63,486 nucleotides of DNA, filler included, from Octopus bimaculoides (GCF_001194135.2; 4 parts of 4 records of this genome joined end to end with filler, not necessarily neighbours in it); one strand, 5' to 3'; counted from the first letter of the whole stretch, positions 1 to 13,035 are shown. The notes: generated by a model not told the origin, from the letters alone. Numbers and translations are program-made.

Positions 1-32
<32 letters not shown>

Positions 33-34
<2 letters not shown>

Positions 35-145
35 GATGGGCTTCCACATAGTTTCTGTCTACTAAATTCATACACAAGTTTCTGGTAGGACTGAACCTGG
101 AACCACTTGGTTGCAAATCGAGCTTCTTAAGACTACAGTCATTCA
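33..145 (-). mobile_element. Degenerate tRNA-derived SINE head fragment
   Basis: Similar to the SINE copies at 30657 and 52314 (ggactgaacc...accac...ggttg...gcttctt), with an internal deletion. Confidence 0.45.
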
Positions 146-558
146 TATATGTATCCAGGAATCAATTAGTTTCGTATATGAAACCTGAATATTTCTCTGA
201 GCCTAGTTGTTTCTTTCTCAGTAAAATATACTCTTAACTAAATGTTAGACGTCAATCAATTTTCTTCTCGCTTTTCCATATCTTCTAAAGTTTCTCAAAC
301 TTGCTTGTACGTGTTGTTCCAACTGTTCTATAGATTCCATGCATTTTAATATATATTACATGTTTCCAGTAACTCTGTATGAATACAAGTTTCTCCACAT
401 CTGTGAATGACGATAAGTATTTTTATTGCTTGCAGCATATCAGCGTGATCTTTTATTGTCAAAGCAATTGAATAATGGAAAAGTGTTGATACTATTCATG
501 GCCGTCATTTTCAGTAGTGTCGTGGAGGATTTACCGAAGTATAGATAAATAGATAGAT

Positions 559-597
<39 letters not shown>

Positions 598-1633
598 AAG
601 ATTTGTTCTTCATACAGTTATTCCTAGGGGAATATTGGAAATAACTATGTAACCTTCAATTGTTATCTTCCATATTCCAATTTTAATTTATATATTCTTG
701 CTCATGTCTTTTACATATGTTTCAGCATTTCTCTTGCACATGTTTCTCTCTCTTACATTCTGACAGTTATATATGTGTTATTTTGTGTACATACTTCAGC
801 AACACTTCATCCTTCTCTTTTAGTTAGAGAAGTAAAAAATAGGATTCTCTATGGCTTTAATGCCGTGCTGTTTTCTGTTTCGAGTAAGCGGAGTGTAACT
901 GAATGACGAAGAAGTTCGCTTCGAAAAGATATGATCCTGTAGTCGACTCCACTTCGTAACATCTTGGGTAAATGTGATTTTCTTAAAGTCGATCTATGTC
1001 TTGTGGGTGAAACTGGATAGAAGGAAATTATCAAAATCCGTCGGTTGGATTATACCAGTATTATAAACAATATGGCCTTGTCATAAAGTGTGTCACTGAA
1101 CCTGTGAATTAACTTAAGAGTGCACATCGCAGTGCAAAACTCGGTCATTTACACATTAATTCAGGAGCAGGTAATAAAGTTGATCGAACAACTAAACGCT
1201 TCACATCGAACGACAGTGATCCGTTTAATTTCCTAATTCCTTCGTCTGATAATCATCTCAATAGTCTTATTTTTATAATGTGCTGTCACTGCACGCTCAG
1301 GCGCAACTCTGTGTCTCTTCGGTACAAGAAGCATCTTTTTTCAATTGTAATAATAGAGTAGCGAATAGATGCCTTGCAGTATTTGTTAAAATCCCACCAA
1401 TATCGCTTTCGTCTTTTATCCTTACCGTATCGAAAAATAGAGTCCAAGTCTAATACTAGAATNNNNNNNNNNNNNNNNNNNNNNNNNNNNNNNNNNNNNN
1501 NNNNNNNNNNNNNNNNNNNNNNNNNNNNNNNNNNNNNNNNNNNNNNNNNNNNNNNNNNNNNNNNNNNNNNNNNNNNNNNNNNNNNNNNNNNNNNNNNNNN
1601 NNNNNNNNNNNNNNNNNNNNNNNNNNNNNNNNN

Positions 1634-1668
<35 letters not shown>

Positions 1669-2032
1669 GCTCGCTTGCTCACTTGCCCACTCTTTTGATT
1701 GTACCGGCAATTCGAAGATCCAGCCTCGTCATTTTGTGTCGCTGACTCCCGTCAGATTTGCGCTACGGAATACTCAGCCACATGCATGTTGAATTGACAA
1801 GAATTCAAATGATAGAACATCTGAATACTCATCATCGAGACCAACAGAGACCAAAATATGTTATGTGTATGTTCAATACCCAGTAAAGCTATTTTCAATT
1901 ATACTCTGTTAATGCGCAAGTCTTAGATTTTAGTTATATAATTCATCGCATCGTATTTTTCATTCCCAATGTATCTACAATTACGAGGTTTGTTTATCTT
2001 TTCAGTTTCCACATATTTGAATTCATCTTCTA

Positions 2033-2228
2033 TACTTTACTTGTTTCAGTCATTGGACTGCGGCTTTGGTGGGGCACCACCTTTAATAGTTTAGTCGAAA
2101 AGAAAATCGACTCCAGTACATATTTTATTTTAATCTTGTACTTATTCTATCGGTGTCTTTTGCCAAACCACTAAGTTACAAGGACGTAAGCAAACCAACA
2201 CCGGTCAAGCAGTGGTGGTCAACAAACA
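2033..2228 (-). mobile_element. 3' half of composite SINE (family A tail)
   Basis: ttacttgtttcagtcattggactgcggc...ctaagttac...aaccaacaccgg matches 28899-29100 and 39947-40140. Confidence 0.75.
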
Positions 2229-2272
2229 CAACACGCGCGCGCGTGCACATACACACACACACGCGGACGCAC

Positions 2273-2306
<34 letters not shown>

Positions 2307-2309
<3 letters not shown>

Positions 2310-2424
2310 CAATGTTAATTCTCTAAATGAAGTATTAACAGTAACTGCACGATAAAGTGTAGTATATTGCCACTTAAGTGTGGCTGACCCCTAGGGGTGG
2401 ATGTTACTGTTCCTTTTAGCCCCA
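2307..2424 (-). mobile_element. Partial dispersed copy of the hammerhead-bearing ~345-bp repeat
   Basis: Matches 22208-22247 and then 21903-21980 with a single mismatch seen (gttcctttt vs gttgctttt). Confidence 0.9.
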
Positions 2425-2710
2425 GTAACATATATANNNNNNNNNNNNNNNNNNNNNNNNNNNNNNNNNNNNNNNNNNNNNNNNNNNNNNNNNNNNNNNN
2501 NNNNNNNNNNNNNNNNNNNNNNNNNNNNNNNNNNNNNNNNNNNNNNNNNNNNNNNNNNNNNNNNNNNNNNNNNNNNNNNNNNNNNNNNNNNNNNNNNNNN
2601 NNNNNNNNNNNNNNNNNNNNNNNNNNNNNNNNNNNNNNNNNNNNNNNNNNNNNNNNNNNNNNNNNNNNNNNNNNNNNNNNNNNNNNNNNNNNNNNNNNNN
2701 NNNNNNNNNN

Positions 2711-2750
<40 letters not shown>

Positions 2751-3531
2751 ATGTATGTATGTATGTTTGCATGAGTGTATGTCGTGCTTCTCAAATCCAC
2801 TCATAATACTCCAAAGTATCATGCAGTAGGACTGAACCCAGGATCACATGGTTGGAAAGCAAACTTCTTAACCACACTGCCACACCTGAGATTATTTGGA
2901 TTGTTTATTTAATGCATTCCCTGTAAAGATATATTATCGTCTGCAAAAATTAATACATCAATCTGGGAGTTCTTTCTATCTCAATGTTATTTAGTCGACT
3001 AAATATTATACAGTATTGTGTTACCGCCTTTTAACATGTCCCTTCTACGTTGTCTTTCATCACACTGTAAATGAAATTTTTGAAATACCATCAATATGCC
3101 AGGGTTCTTTTGACTGGGGGCTATCTCAGTATTAAGGAAACATCTACATGCTCATTGAACCTGCTAGAACTTGCGGCCAAATATCTCTCATTGCATACCC
3201 GGTTGTCTCACGAAACAAAAAATGCGTACACATTGGATAATGGAATCCTAGCATAGTAAGTGGAAACTCGCTAAAGGGCAAGCATATAGCAGGAGAAATC
3301 TGCAGAAGAAATACGCCCGTCGAACAAGTGCTTCGGTCCGTTAGTTCTTGATACTCTAAGAAAGCTGAACCCAGTTAGGTCATGACTTCCAGGTGTCCTC
3401 CTGCTGATTTTGAAATGTTACTTTTTATAGGGATCGTACGCGGTATCTTCGGGTGATCTGATTTTCTGAACTGTGGTGTAAATTGCACCTTGTATGTGGG
3501 TGTACACACACATGTGTATACACACACACAC

Positions 3532-3583
<52 letters not shown>

Positions 3584-4099
3584 NNNNNNNNNNNNNNNNN
3601 NNNNNNNNNNNNNNNNNNNNNNNNNNNNNNNNNNNNNNNNNNNNNNNNNNNNNNNNNNNNNNNNNNNNNNNNNNNNNNNNNNNNNNNNNNNNNNNNNNNN
3701 NNNNNNNNNNNNNNNNNNNTATATATATATATATATATATGGTGGTTGTCTACGCCTTATGTAGAGTCTGACCAGCTCTTGTACTTACACCTTAGATCCA
3801 TCATGGCATATGATGTGACTTTTTAAACCAGACAATATATTGAAAAGAAAAAGACACCCACATAAGATTGCATATCTGATTTGGTATATATGTGAGAATG
3901 ATGATGTAATACTTATATCGTCAAGATGATAATGAAGCAGCTGTAAACAAATGGAGTGAACAACTATTCTCTCACCACGCCTCTTATCTGTTCTGTCCAA
4001 ATGCATGCTCACCGCAATTGAATCGCCCAGATTTTCAGAACTGGCGTGCCCTGTAGATATATTTCAATCCAGGCTTCTGCCGTTTAGCGGCTTGCAATA

Positions 4100-4425
4100 T
4101 ACTTCTTCACCTCCATCTATCGCTTGTCTTTGCCCGTAGCTTCATTGAATTCTTCTGATAGGCGTTTCATTGTCGCTGTTTTTTGGCGACCTTTGATTCT
4201 GAGCTGACCTAGTAGGTACATGGAGGTTGCTACAAACTAACATGCTCCAACCTCTACTACTTGTACTATGCAACGACGTCGCTCTTTTGTCAGTTCTTTT
4301 ACACTATCATCATATTTCCTCATGTTCAATTCATTACATCTGAAAAATAAAATGGAGATGGTCAGGAATGGAATATCTTCGATCATAAGTTTGCTTAATC
4401 TGATTTTACCTGTGACTAAAATCAA
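4100..4425 (-). mobile_element. 3' coding fragment of a HERO/NeSL-like RLE non-LTR retrotransposon
   Basis: Minus-strand translation ...NMRKYDDSVKELTKERRRCIVQVVEVGAC*FVATSMYLLGQLRIKGRQKTATMKRLSEE resembles the C-terminal KY...VEVGxRGF...S..LL..LG..G...K.SE pattern of these elements. Confidence 0.6.
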
Positions 4426-5024
4426 AACAACAACAACAACAGTAACAATACAAATTGTTACTGTATCTCGTTTGAAATAATAAATTTATTTGTTGAAGAT
4501 CATAGTTAAGATATTTTCTCATTCCACCCCATCCCCAATTCTTCAGTTGCTTTCTTTTCGGAGAGTTGATATGTTTCCTACCCGGTCATACTGACCTGAA
4601 AGTGCAAGAAAAATATAGGCTGAGCCACCCTGCCGTGAAATTAAACAAACCAGTTTCCTTTTTCAAGCCGGCTTCCTTATACAATCACTAACAACTGCAA
4701 TCTAGTAATATAGTGAATACCATTCCAAAAACAACATATCTATTTGGACACTATTATATTCATATTAATGTAGAATGACAGACACAGACACAGACACATC
4801 CTCCACCCCCACGTATATACATACATACATACATACATACACATACTTACATACATACATGCATACATACATACATACACACACACATACATACATACAG
4901 ATATGCATATATATACTCACACAAATACACACACACGCACACACTCGCACACATACATGCACACACATATATACACGTACATGCATTTATACGCACACGT
5001 AGACAGACAGACAAACAGGCAGGC

Positions 5025-5082
5025 AGAGAGCGAGCGAGAGAGCGAGAGAGAGAGAACGAGAGAGAGAGAGCGAGAGAGAGAG

Positions 5083-5178
<96 letters not shown>
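5025..5178. repeat. (GA)n microsatellite
   Basis: Direct reading; one of dozens of TA, CA, GA and TACA arrays in the window. Confidence 0.98.
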
Positions 5179-5180
<2 letters not shown>

Positions 5181-5481
5181 TTAGGCAATTAGTTAGAATT
5201 GTTACACAAAATGATTTAGAATTTTCGTTACCAAAGTTTTGCTTATTGAAGTCAAAGTAACGAAATTTCTAATAGTCGATATGGCGTCTTTAGGAATTCG
5301 CCTGTTGGCGGCCCAAAAAACAAGCAACACAGTCCTGGAAGTTGGTGGCGATGGTCAGAACCTGGCTAAACATTTTAGCCGTGTTAAAACTTAGAACCTC
5401 CGCGTCTGCACCTTTGGAGGCTGGGTGGACGGAAAATAAGATCGCAGGTTACAAAGACAAATGTATAAATTATATAAATAA

Positions 5482-5937
5482 CCTTACTTCCCAAACACAT
5501 GGTTCAGGGTTGCATCGTACTGCGTGGCACCATAAGCAAGTGTCTTCTACTGTAGCTTCGGGCCGAGCAAAGCCATGTGAGTGAATTTGATAGACGGAAA
5601 CTGAAAGAAGCCCATCATATATATGTATATGTGCATGTGTGTGTGTTTGTATGTGTGTGTGTGTGTGTGCGTGTGTGTGTGTTTATGTGTGTGTATGTAC
5701 GTATGTGTTTGTGTTTGTGTTTGTTCCCCACCACCGCTTGACAACCGATTTGGTGTTTTTACGTACCCGTATTTTAGCGGTTCAGCAAAATAGACCGATA
5801 GAATAAGTACCAGACTTGACAAAAAAAATGAGTATTGGGGTCGATTCATTCAACGAAAACAAAATGTTCAAGACGGCGCCCCAGAATGGTCGCAGTCTAA
5901 TGACTAAAACAACTAAAAGCTAAAAAAGATAAAAGAT
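5482..5937 (+). mobile_element. Composite SINE family A (tRNA-like head, internal TA/TG microsatellite, 3' tail)
   Basis: Head catggttc...ggcaagtgtcttctact...gacggaaactgaaagaagccc, then (TG)n, then tail ccgcttgacaaccg...gactaaaacaactaaaag. Confidence 0.8.
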
Positions 5938-7164
5938 ATAAACAGTTTATATAAAACACACGAGCACACACAAATGCACGCCTCATTCCTTTCTGTAGAA
6001 AAGCGTATAATCTTGAACCATGTATATATATATATATATTGTATGTATATGTATGTGTGTGTGTTATGTGTTCGCATGTTTATAATGGCTTATATACGCC
6101 CTCTGCGTTTAGGTATGTGTCCACTTTGATGAGGAATATTATTGACNNNNNNNNNNNNNNNNNNNNNNNNNNNNNNNNNNNNNNNNNNNNNNNNNNNNNN
6201 NNNNNNNNNNNNNNNNNNNNNNNNNNNNNNNNNNNNNNNNNNNNNNNNNNNNNNNNNNNNNNNNNNNNNNNNNNNNNNNNNNNNNNNNNNNNNNNNNNNN
6301 NNNNNNNNNNNNNNNNNNNNNNNNNNNNNNNNNNNNNNNNNNNNNNNNNNNNNNNNNNNNNNNNNNNNNNNNNNNNNNNNNNNNNNNNNNNNNNNNNNNN
6401 NNNNNNNNNNNNNNNNNNNNNNNNNNNNNNNNNNNNNNNNNNNNNNNNNNNNNNNNNNNNNNNNNNNNNNNNNNNNNNNNNNNNNNNNNNNNNNNNNNNN
6501 NNNNNNNNNNNNNNNNNNNNNNNNNNNNNNNNNNNNNNNNNNNNNNNNNNNNNNNNNNNNNNNNNNNNNNNNNNNNNNNNNNNNNNNNNNNNNNNNNNNN
6601 NNNNNNNNNNNNNNNNNNNNNNNNNNNNNNNNNNNNNNNNNNNNNNNNNNNNNNNNNNNNNNNNNNNNNNNNNNNNNNNNNNNNNNNNNNNNNNNNNNNN
6701 NNNNNNNNNNNNNNNNNNNNNNNNNNNNNNNNNNNNNNNNNNNNNNNNNNNNNNNNNNNNNNNNNNNNNNNNNNNNNNNNNNNNNNNNTATATATATATA
6801 TATATATATATATTTATTTATTTATATATCGTCAGTAAATCATAAATCCGAAAGAGAAGCACACTAAGTTAAAGAGCAGTAGAGTATTTGGATAAAGTTA
6901 GTAATAGCCGATTCATAGGGTTTCGTGTTCATAAAGCGCTTGGCTCTACATACGTCTCGTCAGACTCTAATGGCTGGTGGCCTATAACTCTCTCCGATGC
7001 TGTTATACTGTTATACACCACTGGTCACAATGCACTTCGAACCCTGTCTTAATTGTGCCATTCTTTTTCATCTTCACACAAATTGTTTAACTAGATCGTT
7101 TTCCCATCGTCGTGAAGGATTTCCAGAACCCTCATACATCATCTAACTACAGGAGAGTCCATGA

Positions 7165-7209
7165 TAGATAGATAGACAGATAGCTAGCTAGATAGATAGA
7201 TAGATAGAC

Positions 7210-7302
<93 letters not shown>
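7165..7302. repeat. (GATA)n microsatellite
   Basis: Direct reading. Confidence 0.98.
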
Positions 7303-7303
<1 letters not shown>

Positions 7304-7453
7304 TGCAGTCAAATATAAGATTTGGGTAAAACTTTGTAGTATACTACGCAAAGTTCGTCCACAGTTATTGATTACCTGGTATCACCATGCAGTAGGAATG
7401 CTCTTGCTACTGGACATACATAGGAATTCTATAGTATTCTTACAGTTCATATA

Positions 7454-7779
7454 ATGGCACCACGTCGGTTACGACGACGAGAGTGCCAATTGATCCGATC
7501 AACGGAAAAGCCTACTCATGAAATTGACGTGCAAGTGGCTGATCACTTCACAGATACGCGTACCCTTGACGTAGTTCTCTGAGAGATTCAGCGTGACACA
7601 GAATGTGACAAGGCTGGCCCTTTGAAATACAGATACTACTCATTTTCCCCAGCTGAGTGGACTGGAGCAACGTAAAATAAAGTGCTTGGCTCAATGACAC
7701 AACGCGTCGCCGGGAATTGAACTCATGGCCTTAAGATCGCAAGCCGAAAACCCTAACCACTAAGCTATGCGCCTTCACA
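7454..7779 (-). mobile_element. tRNA-derived CORE-like SINE with probable 9-bp TSD
   Basis: Minus-strand A/B-box-like head (tagtggttaggg...gagttcaattcccgg); agttcatat on both sides; paralog at 12284-12585. Confidence 0.75.
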
Positions 7780-7899
7780 AAGTTCATATGAATAATGTAA
7801 AATGGATTGAAAGACATTCTTTATCGTCTGCTGTTGTTTCGTCCAAACATCACTAATTTGTCTTCATTTTTTTTCTGAGTTTTTTTTTTCCAGCATACG

Positions 7900-8050
7900 T
7901 CTCTGGCTAAGAAGCTTGCTTTGCAGCAACATGATTTCGAGTTCAATCTCACTGCGCGACATCTTGGTCAAGTGTCTTCTACCATTGCACCGGGTCGGCC
8001 AATGCCTCATGAGTGAATTTGAAAGATGCAAACTGTAAGGAAGTCAATCG
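7900..8050 (+). mobile_element. SINE family A head
   Basis: gagttcaatctcactgcg...caagtgtcttctacc...gtgagtgaatttg. Confidence 0.65.
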
Positions 8051-8052
8051 TA

Positions 8053-8096
<44 letters not shown>

Positions 8097-8577
8097 TATG
8101 TATGTATGTATGTATGTATGTATGTATGTATGTGTGTACATAAATATGCATATATCTGTTTGTATATATCTTTGTGTTTATCCNNNNNNNNNNNNNNNNN
8201 NNNNNNNNNNNNNNNNNNNNNNNNNNNNNNNNNNNNNNNNNNNNNNNNNNNNNNNNNNNNNNNNNNNNNNNNNNNNNNNNNNNNNNNNNNNNNNNNNNNN
8301 NNNNNNNNNNNNNNNNNNNNNNNNNNNNNNNNNNNNNNNNNNNNNNNNNNNNNNNNNNNNNNNNNNNNNNNNNNNNNNNNNNNNNNNNNNNNNNNNNNNN
8401 NNNNNNNNNNNNNNNNNNNNNNNNNNNNNNNNNNNNNNNNNNNNNNNNNNNNNNNNNNNNNNNNNNNNNNNNNNNNNNNNNNNNNNNNNNNNNNNNNNNN
8501 NNNNNNNNNNNNNNNNNNNNNNNNNNNNNNNNNNNNNNNNNNNNNNNNNNNNNNNNNNNNNNNNNNNNNNNNNNNNN

Positions 8578-8618
<41 letters not shown>

Positions 8619-9696
8619 GTATATGCATATTATGTGCGTGTGTGAGCGTGTGTACATGTACAATGAAAAACATTTTAGAAAACAAGTTAGTTTGAAAGAA
8701 TATACATAAAATATTCATAGATTTTGCAAACAGATCAAGTTATTAAAAACTCAAACATACATTTTGGAGAAATTTATTCAGACCAACTAACAAACTAAAA
8801 TCTAAAATATGTGCTTTTGTATATCAATTCGTATTTATACAGATAGAGGTAATAAAATTGCACACACACACACACACACACATGTCTGTGTGTGTGTTTC
8901 GGTCAATAAAAGGGATAGAAAAGTACTTGAGTACTACAGTAGTTTCAAATGCACACTAGAGTAGTTCAAATGCACACCACAAATGCACATCTTACGTAAC
9001 ATTATGAATGTCTTGTAGCCATCCAATATACTTTTACACCGGCTATATACGATTATTTAGTTGAAAGTAGTTCACTGTAATGGAAATTGCAATAGGAAGC
9101 TGGGCTAGGTGAAACAATAAAAGAAGAGACAGTGGAGATTGGAATTGGCAAAGAACCAATGTTTTTGCCCTACTTACCGATTACCTTAGTGAGATAGATA
9201 GGGGTGTGGTTTTATTTCATTATCACCATACTCAAACTAATGTAGAGGCTGCAGTAGATAATAATCTCATTAATGTATATGCGACGTCAATAATGAACAG
9301 CCGACGCACCGAAAGCTGGGATGTTTCTTGCTCAGGATAGATAAATATGAGTAACGAAAGCACATATGGAGAAAACACAAACAGAAGAGGAAGAAAGGAG
9401 GAAATGAAAAAACAAAGAATAAGAACAAAATGAGGTAAATAAACTATTCCTCACACACACATATCAAAAAAAAAAGAAAAGACGTTGACGTAAGCATACG
9501 AAACATATTAGTGTATACATATTACTACAGGCACGTTTATAAACATATATAAACAAATATATATATAAGTATACACACACACACGCGCGCGCACACATAC
9601 ACACACATACATGCATGCATACATACACACATACATACATACATGCATACATACATACATACATACATACATACATACATACATACGTGCATACAT

Positions 9697-10450
9697 GGAT
9701 ATGTTAGCAGAAGGCTTCGGGATAATAGAAACATTGATCCTCAAAGCAGTCTATTATGGGCCAACAACCGGATTACTAAACCACACTTTGAAGGGTATGT
9801 GTTTGCAATCCAGGAACAGGAAATATCAACCAAATACCTGATGCACAAAAGGGACAGAGACGCAGGAAAAGCAGCAAAATGTGATAACCGATGCAGACTA
9901 TATAGAGTTAATACCGAAGATATCCCCCACATCATAAACAGTTATCCGAAAATGTCATCACGGTAATATCTACCGATGAGACATGGTAGGACACTGTATA
10001 ATGAGATCCGTCAGAATGATAACCCTGAGGCCAAAGAAATAAGATCTCACAGTATGGTAGAAACTATAGCCACTCATAATAAGGAGTACTGGTGGAATGT
10101 CACATATAATCTCAATAAAATGTAAACATTAAAAACCTGACATAGTGATTTGAGATAGGAAAGAAGCACTGTACAGTTGTGGAAATCGTCAGCCCAGAGG
10201 ATGAAAAAGAAAATACCTACGCTGAACTTTGGGGAAATCTACAGTTACTCTATCCAGATTACAAGTTCAGGTTCATACCTGTACTTATTAGGGCACTGGG
10301 ATATGTAACACACTGCCCAAGTATCAATCTTGAAAAAAAAGGAGAAAGCTGATTCGAAGACTACAGGATCAAACCCTAACCCTGGAATTGCAAACATTTG
10401 TAAAACTTTCCGGAAGTTTATCATTTAAGTATATATGAGCATATCTCGAT
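9697..10450 (+). mobile_element. 5'-truncated R4/Dong-like RLE non-LTR retrotransposon flanked by (TACA)n
   Basis: Translation across stops and frameshifts gives LLWANNRITKPHFEGYVFAIQEQEISTKY...CRLY...EDIPHIINS (zinc-knuckle region), KEYWW, KPDIVI*DR (PD endonuclease motif) and FIPVLIRALG. Confidence 0.8.
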
Positions 10451-10487
10451 ATGCAACTATATGCATGAACATACATACATACATGCA

Positions 10488-10547
<60 letters not shown>

Positions 10548-10648
10548 NNNNNNNNNNNNNNNNNNNNNNNNNNNNNNNNNNNNNNNNNNNNNNNNNNNNN
10601 NNNNNNNNNNNNNNNNNNNNNNNNNNNNNNNNNNNNNNNNNNNNNNNN

Positions 10649-10682
<34 letters not shown>

Positions 10683-10734
10683 AAATTAGAAATATTGCTT
10701 TTCTAAATCTCTCACAGAGTCTTATACAGTAGCA

Positions 10735-11059
10735 GCACGATAAAGTGATGGTTTGTTGCCAACTTAATGTGGCAGTCCCAGGAAAAGGAAGAATGCTACT
10801 GCTATTTAGCCACTAGAAACACCGAAATAGGCATCTACAGCTATCAAGCCAAGCTACTCCAGACTGATGAAGGGCAATGACTCGGAAACTAGTCCCTGAA
10901 TTCTGGCTTTGCTAGGTGGAGGTGCTTATCTCCTCTGTTTGAAAACATACGGACACAGTACGCTTGTATCACATAGTCAAATGGAAACGGTGTTTCCTGG
11001 GGCTAAATAGCAGTAGCATTCTTCCCTTTCCTGAGACTGCCACATTAAGTTGGCAACAA
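10735..11059 (+). mobile_element. Hammerhead-containing PLE pLTR-like repeat with inverted terminal duplication
   Basis: 59-bp inverted repeat 10753-10811 / 11001-11059 (2 mismatches); body homologous to the reverse complement of 21903-22112. Confidence 0.75.
10858..10900 (+). ncRNA. Type I minimal hammerhead ribozyme, partly decayed
   Basis: tccaga-CTGATGA-aGGGcaatgaCTCg-GAA-ACTAGT-C-cctgaa: canonical core, palindromic helix III, GUC triplet, helix I 4 of 6 pairs. Confidence 0.65.
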
Positions 11060-11074
11060 ACGAATTGTTAAATT

Positions 11075-11273
11075 GTTAAAATGTCGGAGAAATTTCCTAG
11101 TGGTATTTCTTCTGGCTCTTTAAGTTCTGAGTCCAAATTCCGTCGAGATCAGTTTTACTTTTCACCTTTTCAAGGTCGATAAAATTAAGTACTTGTCAAA
11201 TACTAGGGTTGATGTAATCGACTAATCTTCTCCCACCCCAAAACTTGCTGGCCTTGTTCCAAAAGTAGAAAGA
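11075..11273 (+). mobile_element. SINE family B (tRNA head plus Meta-like central domain)
   Basis: gagtccaaattccgtcgag...tttcaccttttcaaggtcgataaaattaagtac...gatgtaatcgact; matches 48338-48553. Confidence 0.7.
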
Positions 11274-11562
11274 ACAATTATCAATAGCCCTTTAAAATTA
11301 CTAGTATCCGAGAAAGGCGAATACAATATCAAATAGTATTTAGTTGCGTTCTAACTTTTAGTTACATTGAGGTTCATTGTAGCATTTGTACTTTAGAGGA
11401 GAACAAAGTAAGTACTAAACAAATGGTATAACCTTGAAACAGTTATTGATAGTTTTTATTTCATATTCTCTTTTCGGAGTTTCACCCAAAGGACCAGATT
11501 TTTTGAGGGAAATCTGTATTATGACTATTATGTTTAGAACAGTTATTTGTTCAGAGTGAAGA

Positions 11563-11655
<93 letters not shown>

Positions 11656-12283
11656 TGTGTGTGTGTGTGTGTGCGTGTGTGTGTACATATATAGATGTCC
11701 TGGTATGGCTTTAAGCTGTATCCGGTGATGGAGTTCCAGGGTTGTGAGGGGTGTGGCACCACCTTTTAGCCACTATTGTTCTCAGGTCTACTTTTACCCG
11801 GAATAGCACCCATCAGGGTTCCAGCTATGGGCAAGTAGCATATTATGTAAGAAATTCCAAGTACAAACCCTCACTGCCTTTTGAGTGCCTTGGGAAAGGA
11901 AAAGGCTGGGGAACTCAACCTTGATAGCAAATCAAGTAGTGGAGTCTTTCAAGTGGTCCGACGCCCCCTTTGACACCCTTCCAGCGACTCCAGGGTATGT
12001 GAAACTCTTCAGCCTTGCAAGGCAATTCACCTAGCATAAAGCCATTCCAATGCAAAAACTGACAGCTTTCTTGTCACCGTAGCCGTCTAAGCCCACCGAG
12101 TCACTGTGATTAGACTTCCAAGTCTAAAGACAGGGATTTGAATGCGCAGTCTGTCCCTCATTTTAAAACTGCCAAGCACAGGCAGGGATAAAAACCCAGC
12201 AGAATCAAGGATTGGTTTACGTAGCTTCTTGGGGCGTACCGCACTTTCACGGCGTATCCGGACACGAAGAATATGTATACATA

Positions 12284-12585
12284 ATACACTGGCACTCCGA
12301 CGGTTTTGACGACGAGAGTTCCAGTTGATCTGATCAACTCAACAGCCTGCTCGTGAAATTAACGTGCAAGTGGCTGAGCACTCCACAAACACGTGTACCC
12401 TTAACGTTATTCTCAGGGAGATTCAGTGTGACACAGAATGTAACAAGGCTCACCCTTTGATATGCAGATACTACTCATTTTTGTCACGGGAAATAAAGTA
12501 TCTTGCTGATGGACACAACGCGTCGGTGGGAATTGAACTCACAACCTAACGATCGTGTGCTGAACACCCTAACCAAGCGCCTTCA
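12284..12585 (-). mobile_element. tRNA-derived CORE-like SINE
   Basis: Homologous to 7454-7779 (gcctgctcgtgaaattaacgtgcaagtggctgagcactccac). Confidence 0.75.
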
Positions 12586-13035
12586 CATACATCTATATAT
12601 ACACATATACGTATATGCATATGTATGAGTGTGTAGGTGCGTCTGTATGTATGTGCGTGTATGTGTGTGTAGGTGCGTCTGTGTGAAGTCTTTATTCGAA
12701 TCAACAATGCAATTTCAGTCTGGTCATTTGGCTTCCAAAAATGACAGACAAATCTCCCTCGAATAACATCCTATTGCTCCTTTAACAATGTAGTTAGAGT
12801 TGTACAAAAGTAGTGAATGGACGTTACTGGAACGACTTTGATCACAGGTGTCCTCAGTCTGTGGATATCTGGGGGCTAAGCAACGACAACATCAACTGGT
12901 CCTTATTTCATAGATTTCTTCCCTCTACCTTCTTCCTTATTTCATAGATTTCTTCCCTTTATCAGTCCAGTAATGGCGAAGTCACTAAACCTACTTCTGG
13001 TATAAGTGAACTCAAATCGTACAAAACGAACGGAG

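Noticed and set aside
895-950. aTGACGA-aGAAGttcgCTTC-GAAA hammerhead-like motif
   Set aside because: Good helix II, but C3 is missing and no helix I or III with an NUH site can be formed.
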